Shown: positions 11,605 through 21,690 of the stretch, one piece after another
How positions within the stretch are numbered: position 1 is the stretch's first letter
Layout of the letters: each line of letters opens with the position of its first letter
From: Ignavibacteriales bacterium
Lineage (GTDB): Bacteria > Bacteroidota > Ignavibacteria > UBA10030 > SZUA-254
Assembly: GCA_016218025.1 (NCBI GenBank)
Contig: JACRFD010000077.1
Span: forward strand, 797 to 64,796
Reading direction: 5' to 3'
DNA: 64,000 nt
Translations under genes and position numbers: made by a program
Notes under the pieces: model-generated
Seen by the model: the letters and a program-made list of their open reading frames with translations, nothing else
Database searches by the model: none
Told to the model about the DNA's origin: nothing

Positions 11605-11607
11605 TTT

Positions 11608-14600
11608 ATGAAAAAGAAATCTAATGATAAGATATCAATAAAAATTTTATGTCTTGAAGACTCGTCTCGAGATATGGAGATTATTGCGGAATTACTAAGA
11701 GACGCAGGAATCGAACTAACAATAGATTGGGCAGCTACCGAGAAAAAATTTGTTTCATTTCTCCGAAACAATAAGTACGACATTATTCTTTCTGATTTTA
11801 GATTACCGGCATTTGATGCATTCGGAGCATTGAGGATAACACTCCAGATATGTCCTGATGTTCCATTTATTTGTGTCTCCGGATCAATCGGTGAGGAGAC
11901 TGCCATCGATCTCATAAGGCAGGGCGCTGTTGATTATGTTTTAAAAGATCGATTAGTAAAACTTCCTACTGCAATTAAACGAGCGCTTGATGAAGTGAAG
12001 GAAAAAGAATCCCGACGACAAGCAGAAGAAGCACTATGTAAGAGTGAAGAACGCTACCGTCTTCTTTTCAACACCAGCATGGATGGTGTGTTGCTTACAT
12101 CCCCTACCGGCGAAATATTTTCAGCCAATCCGGCTGCATGTAAAATGTTCCAACGCACAGAAGAAGAGCTTTGTGCACTTGGACGAGATTGCGTTGTAGA
12201 TAAATCCGACCCACGATTAGAGATCGGTCTAGAAGAACGTGCCCGCACCGGTAAGTTCAGTGGAGAACTTATTCTGATGCGAAAAGACGGTTCAAAATTT
12301 CCTGCAGAAATTACCACCGCTATTTTTAAGGACAAAGATAAGCAAGAACGATCGAGTATGATTATAAGAGATATTACCGATCGTAAACGCTCGGAAGCAG
12401 TGCTTCGGGATGACGAAGCCAAAACGCGTACTATTCTCGAAGCTATTTCAACGGGTATATTAATTATTGACCCGGAAACACACACTATTGTAGATGTAAA
12501 TGCCGTTGCCATAAAACTGATCGGAGAATCGAAACAAAAAATAGTCGGAAGCGTTTGCCATGAATATATATGCTCTGCTGAAAAGGGGAAATGTCCAGTT
12601 ACAGATATTGGGCAATCAATCGACAATTCCGAACGTGTATTGATAACTAAAAAAGGTAAAAAAATTCCTATCCTCAAAAGTGTAGCACAAATAACCATCG
12701 GAGGCAAAAAATTCCTTATCGAGAACTTTACCGATATCACCGAGCGCAAGCAGGCGGAGGAAGCACTGCATGAGAGCGAAAGAAAAATAAGAGAAGCTCA
12801 AGAAATGGCTCACTTAGGTTATTGGAGCTGGAATGTTAAAACAGGAGACGTTGAATGGTCAGAGGAAGTGTACAAGATTTTTCGTCTTGACCCGAGCAAT
12901 TTCACTCCCCACATCGATTCAATCCTTGCATTATCGCCGTGGCCCGGTGATCATGAGCGCGACGAGGAATTAATTCGGCGAGCTATGGAAAATCATGAAA
13001 TGGGCTTTTACGAACAGCGGTTCCTTCGCCCTGACAAAAGTATCGGTTATTACCAGTCGACTTTCCAAGGTAAATATGATAACCAGGGGAATCTCACCTT
13101 CATTATCGGAACTATTCAAGACATTACCGAGCGCAAGCAGGCGGAAGAGAAGATTCGCGAAAAAGATATACAGTTTAGAAAGCTTTCTGCAAATGTGTCC
13201 GACCTGATTTTTCAGTTTACAAGACGACCTGACGGAACATATTGCGTTCCGATAGCCTCAGAAGGTATCAAGAACATTTTTGGATGTTCACCGGAAGATG
13301 TACTCGATGACTTTGCTCCGATTAGCAGGGTGATTTTCCCAGAAGATTCAGCCAGGGTAATAAGCGACATTGAATACTCTGCAAAGCATTTAACTTTCTT
13401 TACCTGTGAATTCAGAGTGCAAATTCCCGGCAAAGCAATCCAATGGATTTATTCTAAATCAAACCCCGAAAAATTGCCCGACGGTAGTATTACCTGGTAT
13501 GGCTTTAATGCAGACATCACCGAGCGCAAGGCGGCAGAGTCAAAGTTGAAGGAAAGCGAGGAGCAATACCGTACACTTGTAGAAACGATGAGAGACGGCG
13601 TTATGCAGGTTGATAATAATGATATCATCCTGTTCGTAAATGATAGCCTGTGCAAAACACTCGGCTATAAACGCGAAGAACTTGTGGGAAAAGTTGGGTA
13701 TGAAGTTTTTATTCATGAAGATGATAAGAAAAAAGTAATACAAAAAAACAAATTCCGTACAAAAGGTAAATCCGATAATTACGAGGTTCGGGCTATAAAG
13801 AAATCCGGTGAGATTATATGGTTAAATATAGGAGGCGCGCCTGTTTATAACCATCAGGGTTCGGTTATTGGTTCAGTTGGAATACTCACTGATATTACTG
13901 AGCGTAAACAGACAGAGGAAGCGCTTCGGAAAAGCGAAGAGCGATATCGTCTAATTTCAGCAGTCGCTTCAGATTACACTTTTTCAACCAAGCTCGGAGC
14001 TAAAGGTGAACTTGTTCTGGACTGGGTTGCAGGAGCATTTGAACGCATCACGGGATACGGATTCGAAGAATATGTTGCCAGAGGCGGATGGCGTGCGGCA
14101 CTGCATCCCGATGATCTGGTTAAAGATGATCTCGACATGGAGAAGCTCAGCAAAAACCAGCCTGTCATTACCGAGCTTCGGACAATCACAAAGAACGGAG
14201 ACACAGTATGGGTACGCATTTATGCCCATCCTGTATGGGATACTAAGCAAGAAAAATTGGTCGGAATTTTTGGTGCGGTACAGGACATCACGGAGCGTAA
14301 GCGTGCTGAGAACATATTACGTGAAAGCGAAGAGCGGTACCACTCGTTATTTGATAGAATGATGGACGGCGTTTATCGCAGTACGCACGAAGGAAAGTTT
14401 GTTGATGTTAATCCGGCAATGGTCAAGATGTTCGGCTTCAAAAGCAAAGAAGATATGCTGAAGGTTGACATTAAAAAAGATCTTTATTTTGCTCCATCTG
14501 AGAGAGACAGTTTATTCATGGACACAGGTCAAGAGCGCACGGAAATATTCCGGATGCGCCATAAGGATGGTTCCGAAATTTGGGTCGAAGATCACGGTAC

Positions 14601-16575
14601 GTATGTTCACGACGAAAAAGGAAATGTCATATTCCATGAAGGTATATTGCGCGATGTGACCGCCCGCCTATTGACCGAGGAAGCATTAGATAAGGAACGA
14701 ATTTTACTGCGCACTATAATTGATGCCTTACCTGATCGTATTTATGTTAAAGATACGCATGGAAAATTTATTTTGAATAATTCAGCGCACATGGAAGCAT
14801 TAGGTGTAAAATCACAGGAAGATACTATCGGCAAAACCGACTATAATTTCAGACCTAAAGAATATGCCGATAGATATGCTGTAAGCGACCAACAAGTTTT
14901 ACAAACAGGTAATCCGATGATTGGTAAGGAAGAACGATCAATTTCAGCGGCCCATGGAACTGGTTGGATGTTAATCAATAAAGTTCCTCTGCGCAACAGT
15001 CAGGGAAACATTGTTGGGTTAGTTGGCAACAGCAGTGATATTACAGCACTCAAACTAGCGGAAGAAAACATTCGGATGCTTTCTCGTGCGATGGAACAAA
15101 GCCCCGCTTCTATAGTCATAACCGATTTAGAAGGAAAGATAGAATACGTTAACCCAAAGTTTACACAGCTTACAGGATACACCTTAGCTGAGGCGCTCGG
15201 TCAAAACCCGCACATACTGAAATCGGGTGAAAAACCACCAGGAGAATATAAAGAGATGTGGGAGATTATCAAATCAGGCAAAGAATGGCGGGGTGAATTT
15301 CATAATAAGAAAAAGAGCGGAGAGCTTTACTGGGAATCAGCTTCGATTTCTCCAATCACGGATACATCCGGTAAGGCTACTCATTATCTCGCTGTGAAGG
15401 AAGATATTACAGAAAAGAAATCTCTCGAAGCGCAGCTATTACGATCACAGCGAATTGAAAGTATCGGCACTCTCGCAGGCGGTGTTGCACACGATCTTAA
15501 CAACGTGCTTGCTCCCATATTGCTCTCCATAGATGTTCTTAAGAGATCAATGCCTGATAAGAAAAATCAAAGAATGCTTGAAACATTGGAAACCAGCGCA
15601 CTACGTGGAAGCGCTATTGTAAAACAAATCCTCGGCTTTGCAAGAGGTGTTCAGGGTGAGCACGTGCTCATCCAGTTCCGTCATATCATCAACGAAATAA
15701 CCAACATCATCAGGGAAACATTCCCGAAATCTATAATAATTAAAGAGGATATGCCGAAAAATATCTGGACAATTGTAGGTGATCCAACAAACCTGCATCA
15801 GTTATTATTGAACCTTTGTGTAAACGCGCGCGATGCAATGCCGACCGGTGGAACTATCTATATTAGGGCGGAAAATAAAGTCATTGATGAACATTACACA
15901 CAAATGAACCGCGAGGCAATACCAGGGCAGTACGTACTGATGAGTGTTGAGGATAGCGGATGCGGCATGCCTCCAGCTATTGTGGATCGTATCTTTGAGC
16001 CATTTTTTACCACCAAGGAAGTTGGTAAAGGGACAGGACTTGGACTTTCCACCGTCCATGCCATTGTTAAAAGTCATAGTGGATTCATCAACGTGTATAG
16101 TGAAGTTGGCAAAGGTACGACGTTCAGAATCTATTTGCCGGCAGCTAAGGAAATAGGCGATGTTAAAGAGGAATTGAAAAAATCCCTTAATAGATTCATG
16201 GGCAAAGGAGAACTGATATTGATAGTTGATGATGAATTCTCGATCCAGCAAATAACAAAAAACACACTTGAGGCTTATGGATATCGGACACTCACAGCAT
16301 CTGATGGAACTGAAGCAATTGCACAGTTTGCATCTAAAAAAGATGAAATTGCTTTGGTGTTAACCGATATGATTATGCCTATAATGGATGGACAAAAGAC
16401 CATTCAGGTACTGCGCAAAATGAATCCGGCATTAAAGATTATTGCTTCAAGCGGTCTGGCAAGTAAGGATGATATTATTGTAGATAAGGGGCTTGCTGTT
16501 GATGCCTTCCTCGTAAAACCATACAATGCGGAAAAACTTTTAGAGACAATTCATTCTGTGTTAAAGAAAAAATAG
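11608..16575 (+). CDS. Hybrid sensor histidine kinase: N-terminal receiver, ~9-10 PAS/PAC units, HisKA/HATPase, C-terminal receiver
   Basis: N-terminal receiver context ([12 protein letters not shown]-like). Repeated 'DITERKQ/RAEEAL' linkers. H-box [11 protein letters not shown]. HATPase motifs [16 protein letters not shown] and GTGLGLS. C-terminal receiver [13 protein letters not shown]...KP. Confidence 0.9.
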   Translation: MKKKSNDKISIKILCLEDSSRDMEIIAELLRDAGIELTIDWAATEKKFVSFLRNNKYDIILSDFRLPAFDAFGALRITLQICPDVPFICVSGSIGEETAIDLIRQGAVDYVLKDRLVKLPTAIKRALDEVKEKESRRQAEEALCKSEERYRLLFNTSMDGVLLTSPTGEIFSANPAACKMFQRTEEELCALGRDCVVDKSDPRLEIGLEERARTGKFSGELILMRKDGSKFPAEITTAIFKDKDKQERSSMIIRDITDRKRSEAVLRDDEAKTRTILEAISTGILIIDPETHTIVDVNAVAIKLIGESKQKIVGSVCHEYICSAEKGKCPVTDIGQSIDNSERVLITKKGKKIPILKSVAQITIGGKKFLIENFTDITERKQAEEALHESERKIREAQEMAHLGYWSWNVKTGDVEWSEEVYKIFRLDPSNFTPHIDSILALSPWPGDHERDEELIRRAMENHEMGFYEQRFLRPDKSIGYYQSTFQGKYDNQGNLTFIIGTIQDITERKQAEEKIREKDIQFRKLSANVSDLIFQFTRRPDGTYCVPIASEGIKNIFGCSPEDVLDDFAPISRVIFPEDSARVISDIEYSAKHLTFFTCEFRVQIPGKAIQWIYSKSNPEKLPDGSITWYGFNADITERKAAESKLKESEEQYRTLVETMRDGVMQVDNNDIILFVNDSLCKTLGYKREELVGKVGYEVFIHEDDKKKVIQKNKFRTKGKSDNYEVRAIKKSGEIIWLNIGGAPVYNHQGSVIGSVGILTDITERKQTEEALRKSEERYRLISAVASDYTFSTKLGAKGELVLDWVAGAFERITGYGFEEYVARGGWRAALHPDDLVKDDLDMEKLSKNQPVITELRTITKNGDTVWVRIYAHPVWDTKQEKLVGIFGAVQDITERKRAENILRESEERYHSLFDRMMDGVYRSTHEGKFVDVNPAMVKMFGFKSKEDMLKVDIKKDLYFAPSERDSLFMDTGQERTEIFRMRHKDGSEIWVEDHGTYVHDEKGNVIFHEGILRDVTARLLTEEALDKERILLRTIIDALPDRIYVKDTHGKFILNNSAHMEALGVKSQEDTIGKTDYNFRPKEYADRYAVSDQQVLQTGNPMIGKEERSISAAHGTGWMLINKVPLRNSQGNIVGLVGNSSDITALKLAEENIRMLSRAMEQSPASIVITDLEGKIEYVNPKFTQLTGYTLAEALGQNPHILKSGEKPPGEYKEMWEIIKSGKEWRGEFHNKKKSGELYWESASISPITDTSGKATHYLAVKEDITEKKSLEAQLLRSQRIESIGTLAGGVAHDLNNVLAPILLSIDVLKRSMPDKKNQRMLETLETSALRGSAIVKQILGFARGVQGEHVLIQFRHIINEITNIIRETFPKSIIIKEDMPKNIWTIVGDPTNLHQLLLNLCVNARDAMPTGGTIYIRAENKVIDEHYTQMNREAIPGQYVLMSVEDSGCGMPPAIVDRIFEPFFTTKEVGKGTGLGLSTVHAIVKSHSGFINVYSEVGKGTTFRIYLPAAKEIGDVKEELKKSLNRFMGKGELILIVDDEFSIQQITKNTLEAYGYRTLTASDGTEAIAQFASKKDEIALVLTDMIMPIMDGQKTIQVLRKMNPALKIIASSGLASKDDIIVDKGLAVDAFLVKPYNAEKLLETIHSVLKKK

Positions 16576-16576
16576 T

Positions 16577-16635
16577 AAAACCTCCGACATCTTACAATGA
16601 TTTACTAAGGTAGATGTCGGAGATTTACTTTTTAG
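16577..16635 (+). terminator. Intrinsic terminator after the hybrid kinase
   Basis: ctccgacatct (16582-16592) pairs with agatgtcggag (16612-16622), followed by atttacttttt. Confidence 0.6.
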
Positions 16636-16794
16636 CCAACCCCTCTGATTGAACCAAAATAATTGGCATCTTGCTTCTACGATTTTAGATTATGCAATTA
16701 AATAGCAAGCCCCAGCCCTCAAAGAGAGCCGGGGCTTTTTTTACGCTCCGGTTATAGTCTAATCCACTCAACCAACCAGAGCAATTAAATAAGA

Positions 16795-18129
16795 TTATTT
16801 CATTTCCTTCAATGATTCTTTGAGGATATTCACTCCTTCATCAATTTGGTTCTTGTTGATTGTGAGCGGCGGACGGAACCGCATCGCTAACGCTCCGCTT
16901 CCAAGAATCACCAAACCTTTATCTGATGCTTTCTTCCTCAACTCATTCCGTTGTGCTGTGGTCGGAAGATCGAACGCAGAGAAAAGTCCCTTACCACGCA
17001 CATTCCCCACCAGTTTCGGAAATTCAGTTTGTAATTCATTTAATCGGTTAATCAAATGCTCACCAACAACGCGGGCATTATCAACTAACTTGTCCTCTTC
17101 AATAATCTCTAAATATTTCTGTGAACGAACCATATCGGTTAAACTGCCGCCCCACGTAGAATTCAACCTGCTTGGAACTTTGAAAACGTTATCTTTCACT
17201 TCATCAATACGTTTGCTCGACATGAATCCGCACACCTGTGTTTTCTTACCGAAAGAAATCATATCCGGCTTTATAAAATGCTGATGCGCCCACATTTTAC
17301 CAGATAGCCCGATTCCGGTTTGCACCTCGTCAAGTATCAGCATAATTTCATTTTCGTCTGCAATCTGTCGAAGCGCTTCAAAGAATTCTTTCCTGAAATG
17401 ATTATCTCCACCCTCACCCTGTATAGGTTCAAGTATAATAGAAGCGATATCATTTTTATATTGGCTGATTGCGTCTTTGATCTGTTTGATAGAATTTTGC
17501 TCTGCCTGTTGAACGGCTTTTAGATTCTCATCATTCAACGGAAATTTTGCAACCGGATTATCTATCCGGGGCCACTGGAATTTCGGATAATAATCGATCT
17601 TAGTCGGATCGGTGTTTGTTAATGACATTGTGTAGCCCGTTCTACCATGGAACGCCTGACGGAAGTGAATCACCTTCATCTTCGATTCATCTTGCAATCC
17701 TTTGTAAATTCCTTTTGCAAGATTCTTCCGCATCTTCCAGTCGAATGCTGCTTTAAGTGCATTCTCTACACCAAGAGCACCGCCCTCAACGAAAAAAACA
17801 TACGGCAGATAATCGGGCATTGCTACGCGTGAAAATGTTTCTACAAACTCAGCCATCTCAACGCAATAGACATCGGAGTTAGTTGGTTTGTTGATTGAAA
17901 CATACGCAATCTTTTCTTTGAATTCGGGAGTCATCATTTTCGGATGATTCAGACCGACAGGCATTGAAGCGACGAATGTAAAGAAATCGAGCAATCGGCG
18001 GTTCGATCTGGAATCCCAGATATAAACACCTTCGCTCTTTTTCAAATCGATAATAAAATCAAGAACATCGACCAGCATATGCTTGCCGATAGTGGACTCT
18101 ACGTCCTTAGGTTGAATATTTAATTTCAT
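16795..18129 (-). CDS. lat: L-lysine 6-transaminase (class III aminotransferase)
   Basis: Long collinear resemblance to characterised LAT enzymes as I remember them: MLVD.LD...DL..S.G.Y..D, LDFFTFVAS, NKPTNSDVY, FVETF, FFVEGGALGVENALKAAFDWK, AFHGRTGYT.SLTNT, EPIQGEGGD.HFR, FDEVQTG, FGKKTQVCG, PSRLNSTWGG.LTDMVR and RFRPPLT. Confidence 0.88.
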   Translation of the reverse strand: MKLNIQPKDVESTIGKHMLVDVLDFIIDLKKSEGVYIWDSRSNRRLLDFFTFVASMPVGLNHPKMMTPEFKEKIAYVSINKPTNSDVYCVEMAEFVETFSRVAMPDYLPYVFFVEGGALGVENALKAAFDWKMRKNLAKGIYKGLQDESKMKVIHFRQAFHGRTGYTMSLTNTDPTKIDYYPKFQWPRIDNPVAKFPLNDENLKAVQQAEQNSIKQIKDAISQYKNDIASIILEPIQGEGGDNHFRKEFFEALRQIADENEIMLILDEVQTGIGLSGKMWAHQHFIKPDMISFGKKTQVCGFMSSKRIDEVKDNVFKVPSRLNSTWGGSLTDMVRSQKYLEIIEEDKLVDNARVVGEHLINRLNELQTEFPKLVGNVRGKGLFSAFDLPTTAQRNELRKKASDKGLVILGSGALAMRFRPPLTINKNQIDEGVNILKESLKEMK

Positions 18130-18389
18130 AAAACACCTTGTCAGAGTTAAAATTATTGGTTATGAGTTATAAGTTTCATAAAACGATCACTTAGAATCGC
18201 TTCACGATTTAAACGGGAAAAATAAAACTCGACTTAGAAGAATTCCTGGTGTTCGTAGAAGGAAATAATGTAGGGTCTTCCGAAAATATGCGGATTCTGA
18301 ACTTTAAACCAAACTTTTTCTATTTGTCGGAAGAATTTCATGGTGAAATATAAGAAAATATCTCTATTTCACCAAAAGGAATAATCAAT

Positions 18390-18427
18390 ATAAAATATAA
18401 AAGGCAGTGAATAAATAGCTCACTGCC
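18390..18427 (-). terminator. Intrinsic terminator of the aldehyde dehydrogenase gene
   Basis: ggcagtga (18403-18410) pairs with tcactgcc (18420-18427). On the minus strand the hairpin is followed by ttttatatttt. Confidence 0.6.
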
Positions 18428-18465
18428 AATTTAATCTATACTAACTCCTCACCACTCACCAGATC

Positions 18466-19959
18466 TTATGTATCAATCTGCGCCTTCTGAAGTTTACCGC
18501 TGTAATCAACATAAACTGCTTTCCACTCACTGAAGAATTCAAACACTGTCCAGCCGCCTTCGCGGTGACCGTTGCCTGTTTGCTTCACTCCGCCGAAAGG
18601 CATATGCGCTTCTGCTCCAATTGTAGGACCATTGATATATGTAATGCCCGCCTTAATATCACGGATCGCTCTGAATGCATCGTTGATATTCTTCGTATAT
18701 ATTGAAGATGACAATCCATAGATAGTATCATTCAAAACATTGATTGCCTCATCAAGAGACTTTATTTTGATAACGGAAAGAACGGGACCGAAGATTTCTT
18801 CCTTCGCGATACGCATGTTTGGCGTTACACCGGTGAAGATCGTCGGCTGGTAAAACCAACCTTTATCAAGTCCGGCTCCGGTCGCAATATTACCACCGCA
18901 AACAAGCTTTGCACCTTCCTTTAATCCGATCTCAACATAGCTGTGATCCGTATTTCGTTGTCCTTCGTTCACACAAGGACCAACATCGGTTGGTGGGAGA
19001 AGTCCGTCACCAAGACGCAGTTTCTTTGTGCGCTCAACAAGCATCGAAACAAATTGATCGTGTATCTTCTCATGCAGAATCAATCGACTTGTTGCGGTGC
19101 AGCGTTGACCGGTAGTACCAAATGCGCCCCACAGCACACCTTCAAGCGCAAGATTAAGATCAGCATCATCCATAACTATCTGCGCATTTTTTCCACCGAG
19201 TTCCAGAGAAACACGTTTTAAATTTTTACTTGCAAGCTCGGAAATTTTCTTCCCAACTGCAGTAGAACCGGTGAAGCTTACAAGATCGACATCGGGATGA
19301 TCGACAATCGCCATTCCTACTTCGCTTCCGCCGCCATGCACGATATTTACAACACCTTCCGGTACTCCAGCTTCCAGCAGAATCTCAACAAGAACGGTTG
19401 CAGTTGCAGGAGTATCTGATGCCGGCTTGAATACAACCGTGTTGCCGCAAAGTAGCGCCGGAAAAATCTTCCATGTTGGAATTGCCATCGGGAAATTCCA
19501 CGGCGTAACAATACCTGCAACACCAATCGGTACACGGATTGACATGTTGAATTTATTAGAAAGTTCCGACGGAACTGTATGTCCGAATAATCTTCTACCT
19601 TCAGATGCAGCATAATATGCCGTGTCGATTCCCTCTTGCACATCGCCGCGTGTCTCCATTAAAACTTTACCCATCTCACGTGTCATCAGCATCGCGACTT
19701 CTTCTTTCCGTCTGACCATGATATCGCCTACAGTTTTAAGAATATCGCCGCGTTTGGGTGCTGGTACAAGCCGCCATTTTTCAAATGCGGTTCGCGCCGC
19801 CTTTACAGCTTCGTCGACTTCTTCTTTGCTTGATTTCGGGAATATGCCGACTACCTCATCCCAATTAGCAGGATTTCGGTTCTCGAATGTTTTTCCGGAT
19901 TTGGCATCAACCCATTTGCCGTTAATATAATTTTGATATTTTTTCATGCTGTTCTCCAT
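18466..19959 (-). CDS. NAD(P)+-dependent aldehyde dehydrogenase; possibly piperideine-6-carboxylate / alpha-aminoadipic semialdehyde dehydrogenase
   Basis: ALDH motifs are FKPASDTP, ELGGKNAQIV, catalytic Cys in GQRCTATSRL, and EEIFGPV. PAPKRGDIL, GDVQEGID and GAE...PFGGVKQTGNGHREGG resemble the ALDH7/Pcd-like branch. The gene lies next to lat. Confidence 0.85.
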   Translation of the reverse strand: MENSMKKYQNYINGKWVDAKSGKTFENRNPANWDEVVGIFPKSSKEEVDEAVKAARTAFEKWRLVPAPKRGDILKTVGDIMVRRKEEVAMLMTREMGKVLMETRGDVQEGIDTAYYAASEGRRLFGHTVPSELSNKFNMSIRVPIGVAGIVTPWNFPMAIPTWKIFPALLCGNTVVFKPASDTPATATVLVEILLEAGVPEGVVNIVHGGGSEVGMAIVDHPDVDLVSFTGSTAVGKKISELASKNLKRVSLELGGKNAQIVMDDADLNLALEGVLWGAFGTTGQRCTATSRLILHEKIHDQFVSMLVERTKKLRLGDGLLPPTDVGPCVNEGQRNTDHSYVEIGLKEGAKLVCGGNIATGAGLDKGWFYQPTIFTGVTPNMRIAKEEIFGPVLSVIKIKSLDEAINVLNDTIYGLSSSIYTKNINDAFRAIRDIKAGITYINGPTIGAEAHMPFGGVKQTGNGHREGGWTVFEFFSEWKAVYVDYSGKLQKAQIDT

Positions 19960-19985
19960 CTAAAAATGTCTCTAACAATTTTTTA

Positions 19986-20174
19986 TTATTTTTCTTTTTC
20001 TATACCAAGTTGTTTCCGAATCAACTTACAAAGTGTATCGGCAATTTCTGTGTGGCGAGGAATAGGAGCGATCCTCCCATTAGTGGGATTATGATAAATG
20101 TCGTGCCTTCCACCTGAACGTTTGAGATAACAACCAAGTTGCATTACTTCTTTGATAAATTCTTTCCGCTTCAA
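19986..20174 (-). CDS. hicA: HicA-family type II toxin (mRNA interferase)
   Basis: 62 aa. KEFIKEVMQLGCYLKRSGGRHDIYHNP...PIPRHTEI...LCKLIRKQLGI matches the HicA/YcfA pattern (G.H..Y..P......P.H..EI). TTG start overlaps the hicB stop in a shared TTGA. Confidence 0.8.
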   Translation of the reverse strand: MKRKEFIKEVMQLGCYLKRSGGRHDIYHNPTNGRIAPIPRHTEIADTLCKLIRKQLGIEKEK

Positions 20175-20380
20175 ACCGCAATCCCAATTTCAGTTTTTTT
20201 GACTGAACGACGTGGAAATGGCATTGCTGTTTCTTCCATCATCATTTTATAGACATCACGCACATTTTCTTTTAATTCAGTCAGTGTTTTCCCCTGGCTA
20301 AACACTCCGGGTATCTCTTTTAATCGCCCAACATACCAAGTTTTGTCTTTCCAGTATTCAAGTGTAAATGTGTGTTCCAT
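20171..20380 (-). CDS. hicB: HicB-family antitoxin, short form with no appended DNA-binding domain
   Basis: 69 aa. FTLEYWKDKTWYVGRLKEIPGVFSQGKTLTELKENVRDVYKMMMEE is a typical HicB/UPF0150 N-terminal fold. It sits directly upstream of hicA and appears translationally coupled to it. Confidence 0.75.
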   Translation of the reverse strand: MEHTFTLEYWKDKTWYVGRLKEIPGVFSQGKTLTELKENVRDVYKMMMEETAMPFPRRSVKKTEIGIAV

Positions 20381-20397
20381 AAAATTCTCCTAAAAAA

Positions 20398-21690
20398 TTA
20401 CAGTTCAACTTTTTTAAATATATAATCAACATTACGAATACTTCTCTTCATATCAAACAGTTCATCAAGCTCAATATTATTTAAATATTTCGTAATAGTA
20501 TTATCGGATTTCAAAACATCTTTAAAACTCTTTTTATTTTGCCACACTTCCATCGCATATTTTTGCACTGCTGCATAAGCATCTTCCCTTTTCATCCCTT
20601 TTTTGGTCAAAGCTAACAGAACCGACTGTGAAAAGATAAGTCCGCGTGTAATCTCCAAATTCTTCTTCATGTTTTCGGGATAGACAATCAGTTTCTCTAT
20701 AATATCGGTGAAAAGTCCGAGCATGTAATCGAGAAGGGTGCAGCTATCCGGGATAATTATTCTCTCAACGGAAGAATGAGTGATATCGCGTTCGTGCCAG
20801 AGTGAAATATTTTCCATGGCAGCCTGCGCGTTACAGCGAAGAACCCGCGCAAGTCCTGCAACCCGCTCACATGTAATTGGATTGCGTTTGTGCGGCATTG
20901 CCGAAGAACCCTTCTGCCCTTTTGAAAAATATTCCTCCACTTCAAGCACTTCAGTCTTCTGAAGATGACGAATCTCTGTTGCAAATTTTTCAAGCGAACT
21001 TCCTATGATGGCAATAGTTGACATAAATTCAGCATGAAGATCGCGTTGTAATATTTGCGTTGAGATCGGTGCCGGCTTCAGTCCCAATTTTTCACAAACA
21101 TAATTTTCTACAAACGGATCGAGGTGTTCGTAAGTACCGACAGCACCTGATATCTGTCCGTAGGAAATATTCTCTTTTGCATTCTCTAATCTCTTGATGT
21201 TGCGTTTAGTTTCATCATACCAGAGTGCAAGTTTTAATCCAAAAGTAGTCGGTTCGGCATGAATGCCATGCGTTCGCCCTACCATAATTGTATATTTGTT
21301 TTCATTTGCCCGTTTTTCAAGAACATCCTTAAGTCGGTTTAACTCTTTCAGTAATAAATCTGCCGATTGTTTCATCTGGATTGCAAGTCCGGTATCGAGA
21401 ATATCGGACGATGTCATACCGAGATGGATGAAACGTGATTCAGCTCCGACGTATTCACCTACATTTGTCAGGAACGCAATCACATCGTGTTTAATTTCAG
21501 ATTCAATTTCATCGATCCGTTTCGAATCAAATTTTGCCTTTTCACGGATTACTCTAACCGCATCTTTTGGAATTACACCAAGCTCCGCCTGCGCTTCACA
21601 TGCAAGAATCTCAATATCAAGCCAGGTTTGAAATTTATTTTCATCCGTCCAGATTTTTCCCATCGACGGACGAGTATAACGGGATATCAT
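20398..21690 (-). CDS. purB: Adenylosuccinate lyase
   Basis: MISRYTRPSMGKIW..., the fumarate-lyase signature SSAMPHKRNP, and collinearity with PurB throughout. Confidence 0.95.
   Translation of the reverse strand: MISRYTRPSMGKIWTDENKFQTWLDIEILACEAQAELGVIPKDAVRVIREKAKFDSKRIDEIESEIKHDVIAFLTNVGEYVGAESRFIHLGMTSSDILDTGLAIQMKQSADLLLKELNRLKDVLEKRANENKYTIMVGRTHGIHAEPTTFGLKLALWYDETKRNIKRLENAKENISYGQISGAVGTYEHLDPFVENYVCEKLGLKPAPISTQILQRDLHAEFMSTIAIIGSSLEKFATEIRHLQKTEVLEVEEYFSKGQKGSSAMPHKRNPITCERVAGLARVLRCNAQAAMENISLWHERDITHSSVERIIIPDSCTLLDYMLGLFTDIIEKLIVYPENMKKNLEITRGLIFSQSVLLALTKKGMKREDAYAAVQKYAMEVWQNKKSFKDVLKSDNTITKYLNNIELDELFDMKRSIRNVDYIFKKVEL

Noticed and set aside
12054-12749. 231-aa ORF antisense to the hybrid kinase, plus many shorter ORFs across 8019-16251 on both strands
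   Set aside because: These are shadow ORFs inside a continuous 1655-aa (or 1091-aa) gene with clear domains. They are Ser/Ile/Arg-rich low-complexity translations.
16820-17284. 154-aa ORF antisense to lat
   Set aside because: Embedded in a gene that is collinear with characterised LAT enzymes. It has no independent signals.
18234-18341. 35-codon minus-strand ORF (MKFFRQIEKVWFKVQNPHIFGRPYIISFYEHQEFF) between the dehydrogenase terminator and lat
   Set aside because: It has no ribosome-binding site, no recognisable leader-peptide logic (it is not Lys-rich), and no evidence of conservation available here.
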